Below, piece after piece: positions 46,030-57,221 of a DNA stretch of 64,000 nt. Each line of letters opens with the position of its first letter. The first letter of the stretch is position 1. The stretch lies in contig CAZSWJ010000003.1 of assembly GCA_964611095.1 (NCBI GenBank), positions 17,796 through 81,795 of the forward strand, in the 5' to 3' direction. Both the position numbers and the translations under genes were made by a program. The notes beneath the pieces were generated by a model. The model ran no database searches. It was not told where the DNA came from and saw nothing but the letters and a program-made list of their open reading frames with translations. Source of the DNA: an uncultured Candidatus Peribacteria bacterium. GTDB lineage: Bacteria; Patescibacteriota; Gracilibacteria; Peribacterales; Peribacteraceae.

Positions 46030-47424
46030 CTAGAGGTGAAAAGGTGAACGGGGTTTGGGAGTGAGCGAAGCGATGACTTTTGCCAGGTGCGCGGCATCGT
46101 CGGGAGCGGATTTCTTGCCGGTGAAATGCTCGAACTGCTTGAGTGCCTGGTGGATGAGCATCGCCGTTCCGTCGTGGACGTGGAAGCCTTGGCTCCGCGC
46201 GTCTTTGATGAAGTTCGTCGGCTTGCCGTAGCGCAAATCGATGGCGGCGGCCGAAACACCGAGAGGTTTCGGCAGCGGCAGCCGAACGTCCTCGGACACG
46301 GCGCAGATCACGAGATCGGCGGACACTTTCTTGATGGTCTCAAGCGGTTGAACGGCAACCTTCCATGAACCGAGCGACAGCGCGGCTTTCTTGGTATCAC
46401 GCACGAAAACGGTGATCTCGGCTTTGGCGTTCACGTTGCGAATGGCGGAGATGACGGAGGGCACCGCACCACCCGCGCCGAGCACGGCGATCCGCGCCGC
46501 TTTCGCAATGAGCGGGTACCCCTTTTCGATGCCGACGATGTCGGTGTTGAACCCGTTCCAGTCTTTGCCGGACTTCACGAGCGTGTTCGTGACTCCGAGT
46601 GATGTCGCGACCGCATCGTTCTCGGTTGCGAATTCAAATGCATCACGTTTGAACGGAGCGGTGACGGAAAGTCCTGCGAGGCCCAGTTCTTCCAGAGCCT
46701 TGATGGCGGACGCGAAATCCGTGGAGGGGAAACACGAGTACAGCGCGTCGATGCCGTGTTTCAGAAAGAGCGCGTTGTGGATGACGGGACTGAGCGACAC
46801 GGCGATCTGCGGACCCCCGAGAATGCCGTAGAACTTGGGCTTCGTGCGATTCTTGAGCAGCTTGTGGAACGCGAGGGTGAGTTGCCCGGGGGCCGATGCC
46901 TCGGTACCAAGCACTGCGTACGTGAGGTGATTTCGGAGCGGCGAAAGGACGCGTGTGAGATGCGCCAAAGGCCCCATGCCGAGGATGGTCGTGCGCGGAT
47001 GCGAGGCGGATGCACGGAGTGCGTCCAGTGTGAGCAGGTCGTCGCACGAATTCACGGTGACCGCGATTTTGACGGCCCACGGGCGAACGGCACACAGCTT
47101 GGTGAGCACGGCCTTGAGCTTCTTCAGATCCGGCGTTGCTTTGTGATCGTGGAAGCTGGCAATGAGCTTGGCGCCATCGGGCAGATCTTTGCGGAGCGCA
47201 AGCTCCGACACGTCGAGATCGACGAACTCGGGCGAGATGCGCGAAGCGAGTTTCAGCCCTTTGCCACGCGGAGAAAACAGAACGGGCAGCGGCGACTCGA
47301 ATGCGGGTACGCCGGGCGTGAGGTCGCCGCGGATTTCGAGCACATCGACCTCGGCTTTGCGCGCATCGCGGGCGAAGGTTCGCGGATCTTTCTCTGCCGA
47401 TTTGGGGAGCGTGACGATGATCAT
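46030..47424 (-). CDS. aroDE: fused type I 3-dehydroquinate dehydratase / shikimate dehydrogenase
   Basis: N-terminal DVLEIRGDL...SFHD (AroD), then FYGILGGPQIAVSLSPVIHN, NTD, VLGAGGAVPS (AroE). Confidence 0.88.
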   Translation of the reverse strand: MIIVTLPKSAEKDPRTFARDARKAEVDVLEIRGDLTPGVPAFESPLPVLFSPRGKGLKLASRISPEFVDLDVSELALRKDLPDGAKLIASFHDHKATPDLKKLKAVLTKLCAVRPWAVKIAVTVNSCDDLLTLDALRASASHPRTTILGMGPLAHLTRVLSPLRNHLTYAVLGTEASAPGQLTLAFHKLLKNRTKPKFYGILGGPQIAVSLSPVIHNALFLKHGIDALYSCFPSTDFASAIKALEELGLAGLSVTAPFKRDAFEFATENDAVATSLGVTNTLVKSGKDWNGFNTDIVGIEKGYPLIAKAARIAVLGAGGAVPSVISAIRNVNAKAEITVFVRDTKKAALSLGSWKVAVQPLETIKKVSADLVICAVSEDVRLPLPKPLGVSAAAIDLRYGKPTNFIKDARSQGFHVHDGTAMLIHQALKQFEHFTGKKSAPDDAAHLAKVIASLTPKPRSPFHL

Positions 47425-49181
47425 GAACGTGGAGAACGGGTGATGCGCGTGAGTTCGCGGATGATGTACGGAATGTGCTCGGAGAAACGCAACGTTTCCC
47501 CGACCTCGATGTGCGCAGCCTCCTTGTAGTGCGGCGTACGCTCAGCGACGAGCTTCTTCACCTCCTCCTCCAGCGGCAAATCCGTGAGCGACGGACGCTT
47601 TTCATTGCCGAGCCTCTTCACGAGCTCCTTCTCCGACGCTTTGAGCCACACGACGATGGAGCGATCCCGCACGAGCTTGCGCGACTTTTCGGAAATCAGC
47701 GCTCCTCCGCCGAGTGAGACGATGCAGCCCGGTACCAGCGCCTCGGCCAACACATCTTCTTCGGCCGATCGGAATGCGGGCCACCCTTTTTCGGCGACGA
47801 ATGGCCGAATGGGCCCGTGCTTTTTTTCAAACATCTTGTCGGTATCGACGAACTTCAGCTTGAGCTTGGCCGCGAGTCTCTTGCCCAGGTTCGATTTGCC
47901 GACGCCGCGCATACCGATGACGGTGACGGGACGCGTGGACGCAAGAAGTTCTTCGAGATCCTCAAAAAACGCCGGGTAACTTTTTGCGACGCAATCGGGA
48001 TTCGAGATGCCGATGCCTCCTCGGAGCAGCCCGAGAACGGCGAAGCACATCGCCATGCGGTGATCGTCGTGCGGATCGAGCGTGACGGCCTTCGCTTGCC
48101 CGTCTGCTTTGGAACCATGCACCACGATGCCGTCCGGAGTTTCTGCGATGCGCACACCTGCCTTGGAAAGCTCGGACGTGATGACGGCGAGACGATCGCA
48201 TTCTTTGCGACGCAAATTCGCGGCGTTCGTCACGGTCATGGATCCGCTGCGACGCGAGGCGAGCACGGCGAGATTCATGACTTGGTCCGGAATTTCCGTG
48301 GCATCGACGACGATGTCGCCCGACTTACGCAGCGTTCCGAGGACGGACGGCAGCGCGCGATCGGATTGCATCGAATCGGGACGAAGATTCGGGAACGTGA
48401 TCATGCTGCCCGTGAGTTCACGGAGCACGAGCCAGGCGCCGGCGGCACTCCAGTCGCCCTCGATGTCGTAGATCGCTTTTGCGACGTAGTCTCCGGATCG
48501 TACAACAAATGTGTTCGACTCTTGTGACACGCTGATGCCGAAATCATTCATGGTCTTCTTCGTGAGATCGACGTAGCCCGACGATGCGAGCGTACGTGCG
48601 ACGGTGACGGACAAACCGTCTTTCAGAATCGGAGCGATCAAGAGAAGCGACGAGAGAAACTGGCTGCTGATGCTTGCGTCCAACGTGACCTCGCCTCCCT
48701 TGAGCGTTCCGCCGCGAATGTGAATCGGCGGACAATTATTCGTATCATTGATCTCGGCTCCGAGACTCTTGAGTGCCTTCGTCAAATCACCGATGGGTCG
48801 CTTTCGCATGTGCTCATCACCGGTGATCGTCCATTCGCCGGGCACGACGCACGCGAGCGAAACCAGAAACCTGAGCGTGGTCCCCGCATTGTGACAATCG
48901 AGGCTACCCGCTACCCGCGCACCGCTACCCGCCGGTATGCCACCGTTGATACGAAGCTCGCCTTTGCTCTTGTCGATCCACGAAATATCAAACCCGAGCT
49001 TCTTTAAATTCTCCACCATGACCGCGACGTCATCGCACGGTGTGGCGCCACGGATGACGGTGGTGCCCTTCGCGAGCGCTGCGCACACGATGGCGCGGTT
49101 GGCATGCGACTTGGACCCCGGGAGCGTGAGTGACGCCTCGAGAGGAATGCGGAGCACGGGAATGGAGACGGATGCCTTCAT
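47421..49181 (-). CDS. aroAK: fused EPSP synthase / shikimate kinase
   Basis: LPGSKSHANRA, RMRKRPIGDL, SSQFLSSLL (AroA), then VIGMRGVGKSNLGKRLA...FVDTD (AroK). Confidence 0.9.
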   Translation of the reverse strand: MKASVSIPVLRIPLEASLTLPGSKSHANRAIVCAALAKGTTVIRGATPCDDVAVMVENLKKLGFDISWIDKSKGELRINGGIPAGSGARVAGSLDCHNAGTTLRFLVSLACVVPGEWTITGDEHMRKRPIGDLTKALKSLGAEINDTNNCPPIHIRGGTLKGGEVTLDASISSQFLSSLLLIAPILKDGLSVTVARTLASSGYVDLTKKTMNDFGISVSQESNTFVVRSGDYVAKAIYDIEGDWSAAGAWLVLRELTGSMITFPNLRPDSMQSDRALPSVLGTLRKSGDIVVDATEIPDQVMNLAVLASRRSGSMTVTNAANLRRKECDRLAVITSELSKAGVRIAETPDGIVVHGSKADGQAKAVTLDPHDDHRMAMCFAVLGLLRGGIGISNPDCVAKSYPAFFEDLEELLASTRPVTVIGMRGVGKSNLGKRLAAKLKLKFVDTDKMFEKKHGPIRPFVAEKGWPAFRSAEEDVLAEALVPGCIVSLGGGALISEKSRKLVRDRSIVVWLKASEKELVKRLGNEKRPSLTDLPLEEEVKKLVAERTPHYKEAAHIEVGETLRFSEHIPYIIRELTRITRSPRS

Positions 49182-50224
49182 GAAAAGAGTTTCAGGAAAT
49201 CTTTCTCGTTGACAGCATGAACAGAGCCTTCGCCGATGTGCGTGGGTACCGCGACGCGGACCTCGCCGCCTTCGTTCTTCTTATCCGACTGCATGGCTTG
49301 CCACAGGGCTCCGGGCTTCATCGTCTGCGGAATATCGGACGGGAGTGCGAGCATATCGAGCAGTGCTGCGACACGTTTTGCTTCTTTGAATTTGGTAAGC
49401 ATCATCTCGGCGCGCATGCCGATGTTCACGGCGGTGCCGTGTGCCATGTCGTAGTTGGAAAGCGCTTCCACGGCATGGCCGACGGTGTGTCCGAAATTGA
49501 GGAGCAAGCGCTCCTCGCGGTCATGCTCATCGGCCTGCACGATATTCACTTTGGCTTGTACGGCACGCAAGACACACTCGAACAACGCTTCGTCATCGCG
49601 CTTGAGCACGGCCATCACGTTGTCTTCGAGCCATTCAAAGAACGGAGCATCGATGATCGCGGCGATCTTGATGACTTCCACGAGACCTTCTTTGAGCTGG
49701 GCCTCAGGGAGGCCAAGCAGTAGTTTCATGTCGATAACGACGGCATGCGGCTGCGCGATGGTGCCGATCATGTTCTTACGGCCGCCGGAGTTCACTGCGG
49801 TCTTGCCCCCGATGGCGGCATCCACAGCACCCAACATGGTTGTCGGGACGAGTACGCACGGTACGCCGCGCATGAAGATGCTTGCGGCAAAGCCGCCGAG
49901 ATCGGTGAGCATGCCTCCCCCGATGCAGACGAAGACCGTTGTGCGACTTGCTCCCGCATCGAGCAATGTTTTCGTGATCTTTTCCACTTGGGCAAGCGAC
50001 TTGGACGCGTCACCCGAAGCAACGGCAACGGGAATGACATTCGCGCCGATATTTTTGATGATGCCGTCGGCGATCGTCTTGATGCCCGCATCGAAGAGCA
50101 CGGCGACACGGTCGACCTTCAGATTCTTGAGAATCTTGGGGAGTTCCGTGAGCGCATCCTTGCCGATGGCAATGGACGTGACGCTCGGTGCGCGAGCCGG
50201 AGTTGTGAGTGAGAGAGTCTGCAT
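49178..50224 (-). CDS. aroB: 3-dehydroquinate synthase
   Basis: GGGMLTDLGGFAASIFMRGVPCVLVPTTMLGAVDAAIGGKTAVN, NFGHTVGHAVE. Confidence 0.93.
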   Translation of the reverse strand: MQTLSLTTPARAPSVTSIAIGKDALTELPKILKNLKVDRVAVLFDAGIKTIADGIIKNIGANVIPVAVASGDASKSLAQVEKITKTLLDAGASRTTVFVCIGGGMLTDLGGFAASIFMRGVPCVLVPTTMLGAVDAAIGGKTAVNSGGRKNMIGTIAQPHAVVIDMKLLLGLPEAQLKEGLVEVIKIAAIIDAPFFEWLEDNVMAVLKRDDEALFECVLRAVQAKVNIVQADEHDREERLLLNFGHTVGHAVEALSNYDMAHGTAVNIGMRAEMMLTKFKEAKRVAALLDMLALPSDIPQTMKPGALWQAMQSDKKNEGGEVRVAVPTHIGEGSVHAVNEKDFLKLFS

Positions 50225-50251
50225 AACCTGATTGTAGGCTTGTGGAGAGGA

Positions 50252-51271
50252 TTAAACGACCTTCTTGCCGAGCGCCGCGGCGACTTTCACGATGCCGTCC
50301 ATGCAATCGCCCCAGTGCTCGCGGTCCAGGAGCTGCGCGCTGTCGCAAGCACTTTCGGACGGACGCGGGTGAATCTCGATGATGAGTCCGTCGGCGCCGA
50401 CGGCGACTCCGCCCAAGGCGGCGTCTTTTACCCAACGCGTTTTGCCCATCGCATGACTGGGATCCACGATGATGGGAAGGTGCGTGAGCTCACGGAGTGC
50501 GGGCACCGAGCCGAGACAGAGCGTGAATCGCACTTCTTCCTCGAACGTACGAATGCCGCGCTCACAGAGCATGACGTTCTGGTTGCCGCCCGCGAGCAGG
50601 TACTCGGCGGCAAGGAGCCACTCTTCGAGCGTCGCGGCGAGACCGCGTTTGAGGAGTACGGGCAACTTCGATTTGGAGACGGCCTTGAGGAGCTCGTAGT
50701 TCTGCATGTTGCGGGCACCGATCTGGAGCATGTCGACGGTGTCCTCGAAGGCGGGGAGATCCTCGGCCTTCATGATTTCGGAAATGGTCTTCATGCCGTA
50801 CTTCTCGCCGGCTTTCTTGAGGAGAGCCAAGCCCTCGTTCCCTTTGCCTTGGAATGAGTACGGGCCCGTACGCGGCTTGTACGCACCGCCGCGGAGAATC
50901 TTCACGCCCTTCTCCCTGGCCATGGCGGCCGTTTCATCGAGCTGGCCTTCGGAGTCGATGGAGCACGGACCGGCGATGATGACGACCGACGTCGGATCGC
51001 CGATGACGCAGTCCTTGGAGACCGTGATGAGCGTGCGGTTCTTCTTCTCGCGTGAGGCGAGCTTGTACGGCCTGTCCACGCGATCGACGGACTTCACGCC
51101 CTCGATGCTTTTGATTTGGGCGACGTCCACGACGGACGTGTCACCGGTGACGGCGAGCACGCGCTTGTTCTCGCCGATGACGTGCGAGGGGCAACCGAAC
51201 TTGGTTTGGAGGAGACCCTGCACTTCGTCGAGAAGCGCCTTGTTGTTCTTTTCACGGAGAACGATGAGCAT
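50252..51271 (-). CDS. aroF: DAHP synthase, type I-beta with N-terminal regulatory (ACT/FL-like) domain
   Basis: MLIVLREK... regulatory domain as in Thermotoga DAHPS. IAGPCSIDS, LRGGAYKPRTGPYSFQG, DPSHA. Confidence 0.9.
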   Translation of the reverse strand: MLIVLREKNNKALLDEVQGLLQTKFGCPSHVIGENKRVLAVTGDTSVVDVAQIKSIEGVKSVDRVDRPYKLASREKKNRTLITVSKDCVIGDPTSVVIIAGPCSIDSEGQLDETAAMAREKGVKILRGGAYKPRTGPYSFQGKGNEGLALLKKAGEKYGMKTISEIMKAEDLPAFEDTVDMLQIGARNMQNYELLKAVSKSKLPVLLKRGLAATLEEWLLAAEYLLAGGNQNVMLCERGIRTFEEEVRFTLCLGSVPALRELTHLPIIVDPSHAMGKTRWVKDAALGGVAVGADGLIIEIHPRPSESACDSAQLLDREHWGDCMDGIVKVAAALGKKVV

Positions 51272-51328
51272 AAGAGGAGTGGAAAGTGGAAAGATAAAAG
51301 TGGAAAGTGCGAAAGTGAGAAGGTGATG
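51272..51328 (-). repeat. tandem heptad array (consensus UUUCCAC on the mRNA) filling the 5' UTR up to the aroF AUG
   Basis: Plus strand: aagagga gtggaaa gtggaaa gataaaa gtggaaa gtgcgaaa gtgagaa ggtgatg. Confidence 0.8.
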
Positions 51329-51408
51329 ACTGATTGATGCGGTCTACGCGGAAATTCCGCCTCCCTGTCTCTCATAGGGATGCGTGCGTGTCCTAGGAGA
51401 GATGGAAT

Positions 51409-51513
51409 TTAGGCGAAGAAAAAGTAGGCGAAGGCAAACGCGGCGAAGGCAGCGGCAGTCATCGTCGGGATGACGATGGACGGGAGCCGGCGAGTTGCGA
51501 CGCGGGACTTCAT
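51409..51513 (-). CDS. candidate Phe/Tyr-rich leader peptide MKSRVATRRLPSIVIPTMTAAAFAAFAFAYFFFA
   Basis: Hand-translated 34-codon ORF with 6 Phe + 1 Tyr in the last 12 codons. A promoter-like site lies directly upstream, and the ORF is 137 nt upstream of the aro operon. Confidence 0.45.
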   Translation of the reverse strand: MKSRVATRRLPSIVIPTMTAAAFAAFAFAYFFFA

Positions 51514-51524
51514 AAAACGTTCAC

Positions 51525-51552
51525 AGGATAGAACTCACGTTTTCGAAGTCAA
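51525..51552 (-). promoter_or_regulatory. sigma70-like promoter (TTGACT-16-TATCCT)
   Basis: Minus strand: TTGACTtcgaaaacgtgagttcTATCCT, 11 nt before the leader ATG. Same -10 hexamer as the trp leader promoter. Confidence 0.45.
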
Positions 51553-51558
51553 GCAAAG

Positions 51559-52839
51559 TCACGCCGAAACGGTCTTGCCGCGTACGGGACGGAGTGACGT
51601 GTGCCATAAGATCCACGCCATTTGGATGAACAAGATGAACGTGGCGGAAGCCACGAGCACATCGAATGCCGGAAAAATCTTGAAGAAGTAGAGCACGAAC
51701 TTGCTGATGGGGAACGATGCGAGCAAGTTGAAGAGGAGCGCCAGAAGCAGAAACCCGACGGTGACTCTCCCCTTTTTCATGAAGAACAGGAGCGGCACGG
51801 CGCACGCGACGAACGGAAAGAAGTATCGATCGTGCATCTGGGTACTGAAGACGAAGAAGCCGAGTGTCGTCACCGATGCGGCGGCAAGCACCGCCTCGGT
51901 GCGGATGCGAAGATCCGTATTCTTCCGAAGCACGGTCCAGAGTCGCCATGAGAACGCGGCGTAGATGACGGCAACGATGGCAAGTCCGACGGTGCGATGC
52001 GTGGCGATCATGGCGAACATTTTGAGGTCCGACGTGTTGCGTGCGGCGTCTCCGAAGAGTGCCCACCAGAAGTTGTAAGCGTACACGCTGAGGGAGGGGT
52101 AATAACCCACGAGAGACTTGTACGTATCGAAGACATCACCGAGCGTTCCATTTTGGAAGAACGGAGCGATGATGAGCAACGTGACGGCAAGGGCGCCGAT
52201 CAAAAAATATTCGATGTCCTTTCGCTGCGTGAAGAGAATCACGGCGGCGACGGGAAAGAAAAAGATCGCCTGCAATTTCATGAAGAACGCGAGCGCCATG
52301 CAAATGCCCGCAATGACGGGATGCCGCCACAGGAGCGCCACGATGGCGCCGAATGCCAAGCCCGTGTAAATGGAATCGGTCTGGCCCCAACTGGCCGAAA
52401 TGACCCACGTGGCCGGGTACAGCAAGTACACGGCGGCGGCGGCAATACCGGCACGATCGGAAATGCATGCGCGCACCATGGCGAACAGCAGCAGCCCCAG
52501 AACGATATCGGCGAAAATGCTCGGCAGTTTCATGAGTCCGAGCAGAAGCGGTGAATTTTCCATGATGTCGCCGTGCACGATGCCGTACGTCTTCACCATG
52601 GTTCCGAAAATGGCGAGCCCCACCGGAGGATAGTTGGGCCGCATGACGTTGTTCACGCGCACGCGATAACTTTGGGTCCAGCCCGATTTTACGACGGAAC
52701 GTCCCCAATTTTGCACGATGCCGACGTCGCCGAACCCTCCCGGATATGAGAGTTGCGTTGCGCGAAGAACGATGCCCGCGACAACGACGAGCGCGAGGAG
52801 TCCGTACGTCACACGTGGTGTCCATGTCTTCGCGACCAT
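51559..52839 (-). CDS. GT-C fold membrane glycosyltransferase (DUF2029/mannosyltransferase-like)
   Basis: About 11 TM helices. The N-terminal loop YPGGFGDVGIVQNWG...NYPPVGLAIFG is typical of lipid-linked-sugar transferases. ATG at 52839; the track start is TTG. Confidence 0.6.
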   Translation of the reverse strand: MVAKTWTPRVTYGLLALVVVAGIVLRATQLSYPGGFGDVGIVQNWGRSVVKSGWTQSYRVRVNNVMRPNYPPVGLAIFGTMVKTYGIVHGDIMENSPLLLGLMKLPSIFADIVLGLLLFAMVRACISDRAGIAAAAVYLLYPATWVISASWGQTDSIYTGLAFGAIVALLWRHPVIAGICMALAFFMKLQAIFFFPVAAVILFTQRKDIEYFLIGALAVTLLIIAPFFQNGTLGDVFDTYKSLVGYYPSLSVYAYNFWWALFGDAARNTSDLKMFAMIATHRTVGLAIVAVIYAAFSWRLWTVLRKNTDLRIRTEAVLAAASVTTLGFFVFSTQMHDRYFFPFVACAVPLLFFMKKGRVTVGFLLLALLFNLLASFPISKFVLYFFKIFPAFDVLVASATFILFIQMAWILWHTSLRPVRGKTVSA

Positions 52840-52942
52840 GGGGATCAGTGTACCGCGTACCGCGAGCGAAGAACTCACCTCATCCGTTCGTGTCAATTCG
52901 CTCTTTCACTTTTAAGCGGAGATTCGATACGCTGTTTCCAAC

Positions 52943-54547
52943 ATGAAAGAACAGCTGAGAAGCCTTTCTCGAAGCGTCGTCCGTTTCTTCGAACGGTACG
53001 GCATTCTTCTGCTCTTCGTCGTTGGAATCGTCGTGCGGTTCGTCGCACTGTCATCGTTTCCGGGAGGGATGAACCAAGACGAAGTCTCTGCGGGATACGA
53101 CTCGTTCGCGCTCCTCAGCGGCGGCACGGACAGACACGGCATCCCGTGGCCGGTGGTTCTGCCCGCGTGGGGCCCAGGCATGAACAGCTTGGCGTCGTAC
53201 ATTCAGATGCCGTTCATCGCGATCTTCGGACTCACGACGTTCGCCATTCGCCTCCCTTTTGCGATCACGGGATGCATCACGCTGTTTCTGTTTCATCGCT
53301 TCTTGCAATGCATCGCCGATAAGAAAACCGCGGTCCTCGGACTGCTGCTCCTGGTGATAAGTCCGTGGCACATCGCACTGAGCAGGTGGGGTTTGGAGGC
53401 GAACCTTTTGCCACTCTTCTTTCTGATCGGCGCGTACGGCACTGCCGTAGCACTCATTGAAGGAAGAAAGAGCGGACTCTACGGTGCGGCGGCCGGCTTC
53501 GGTCTGTCCCTCTATACCTACGGGACGGCGTACGTGGCACTGCCCGTGTTCTTGGTGACGTTTCTGCTCTTCATGATGCTCCGACCGCGGAGCAATGCCA
53601 CGACCATCCCCCGCCACGTCTGGTACGAGTCTGCGACGATTCTCCTGGCACTCGCCGCACCGATCATCTTCTTCATTCAGATCAATTCGTCGCACCTGGG
53701 CAATTTGTCGTTGGGACCGATCACCGTTCCGGAACTACCGACGAACGCACAGTTTCTGCGGGCAAGCCTTCTTGCATCGGCACATCCCATCCGCGATGGC
53801 TGGAACAACCTGTACGGACTCCTCCACATGCTCGTGCATCAGAACGACGGAACGTTCTACAACGTGCTCCCGGGTTACGGGATTTTGTACGCCGCCAGTG
53901 CTCCGCTCGCCGCTCTCGGATTCGTCAGTGCGATCATCGCCATGATCCGCCGCAAACGGCATGTCGGCATGTCGATTCTCTTTTCGTGGTTCATCGCGGG
54001 CCTCGCCGTCGGCACTCTTGTGGCCGTGAACATCAACCGCGCCAACATCATCATGCTTCCGTTCGTCGCATTCACGACACTGGGTCTGCGCGTTCTTGCG
54101 CGATGGAGACCGGTGCTTGCAGTGGCCTGCGCGTACTTCGCGGTTTCGTTCGTCATGTTTTTGTACGCGTACTTCGTGACGTACGTGCCGCATTTGCATT
54201 GGCGATTCCAATCCGGCCTGACGGAAGCGCTCACGGCGGCCTCGATGACGGAAGGAAAGATCTGCGTGACGGACCAAGCCGTGATGCCGTACATCTACGC
54301 GCTGTTCGCCGCAAAAATTCCGCCCGAGCGCTACTACGCCACCGTGCAGTTCATCGATCCGAAACGCTCGTTCCAGGAAGTGCGTTCGTTCGACAGGTAC
54401 ACGTTCGGACTCCCGCACTGTCCCGATGACATATCGACCTACGTCCTCACGACAAGAGAGGGTGCGCAGGCACGATTCGCCGACGACACGACGTTCTCCA
54501 AACAAACATTCGAGTCGTACGTGACGATCACGAAGCACGGATTCTGA
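52943..54547 (+). CDS. glycosyltransferase family 39 (ArnT/PMT-like)
   Basis: FPGGMNQDEVSAGYDSFALL first-loop motif, 11-12 TM helices, soluble C-terminal domain. Confidence 0.7.
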   Translation: MKEQLRSLSRSVVRFFERYGILLLFVVGIVVRFVALSSFPGGMNQDEVSAGYDSFALLSGGTDRHGIPWPVVLPAWGPGMNSLASYIQMPFIAIFGLTTFAIRLPFAITGCITLFLFHRFLQCIADKKTAVLGLLLLVISPWHIALSRWGLEANLLPLFFLIGAYGTAVALIEGRKSGLYGAAAGFGLSLYTYGTAYVALPVFLVTFLLFMMLRPRSNATTIPRHVWYESATILLALAAPIIFFIQINSSHLGNLSLGPITVPELPTNAQFLRASLLASAHPIRDGWNNLYGLLHMLVHQNDGTFYNVLPGYGILYAASAPLAALGFVSAIIAMIRRKRHVGMSILFSWFIAGLAVGTLVAVNINRANIIMLPFVAFTTLGLRVLARWRPVLAVACAYFAVSFVMFLYAYFVTYVPHLHWRFQSGLTEALTAASMTEGKICVTDQAVMPYIYALFAAKIPPERYYATVQFIDPKRSFQEVRSFDRYTFGLPHCPDDISTYVLTTREGAQARFADDTTFSKQTFESYVTITKHGF

Positions 54548-54617
54548 ATATCGTTGACAACCGTTTCCTATCACTCTACAATGCCGAGTGATAATTATGT
54601 GAACTTTTTGGCCTACC

Positions 54618-57217
<2,600 letters not shown>

Positions 57218-57221
<4 letters not shown>

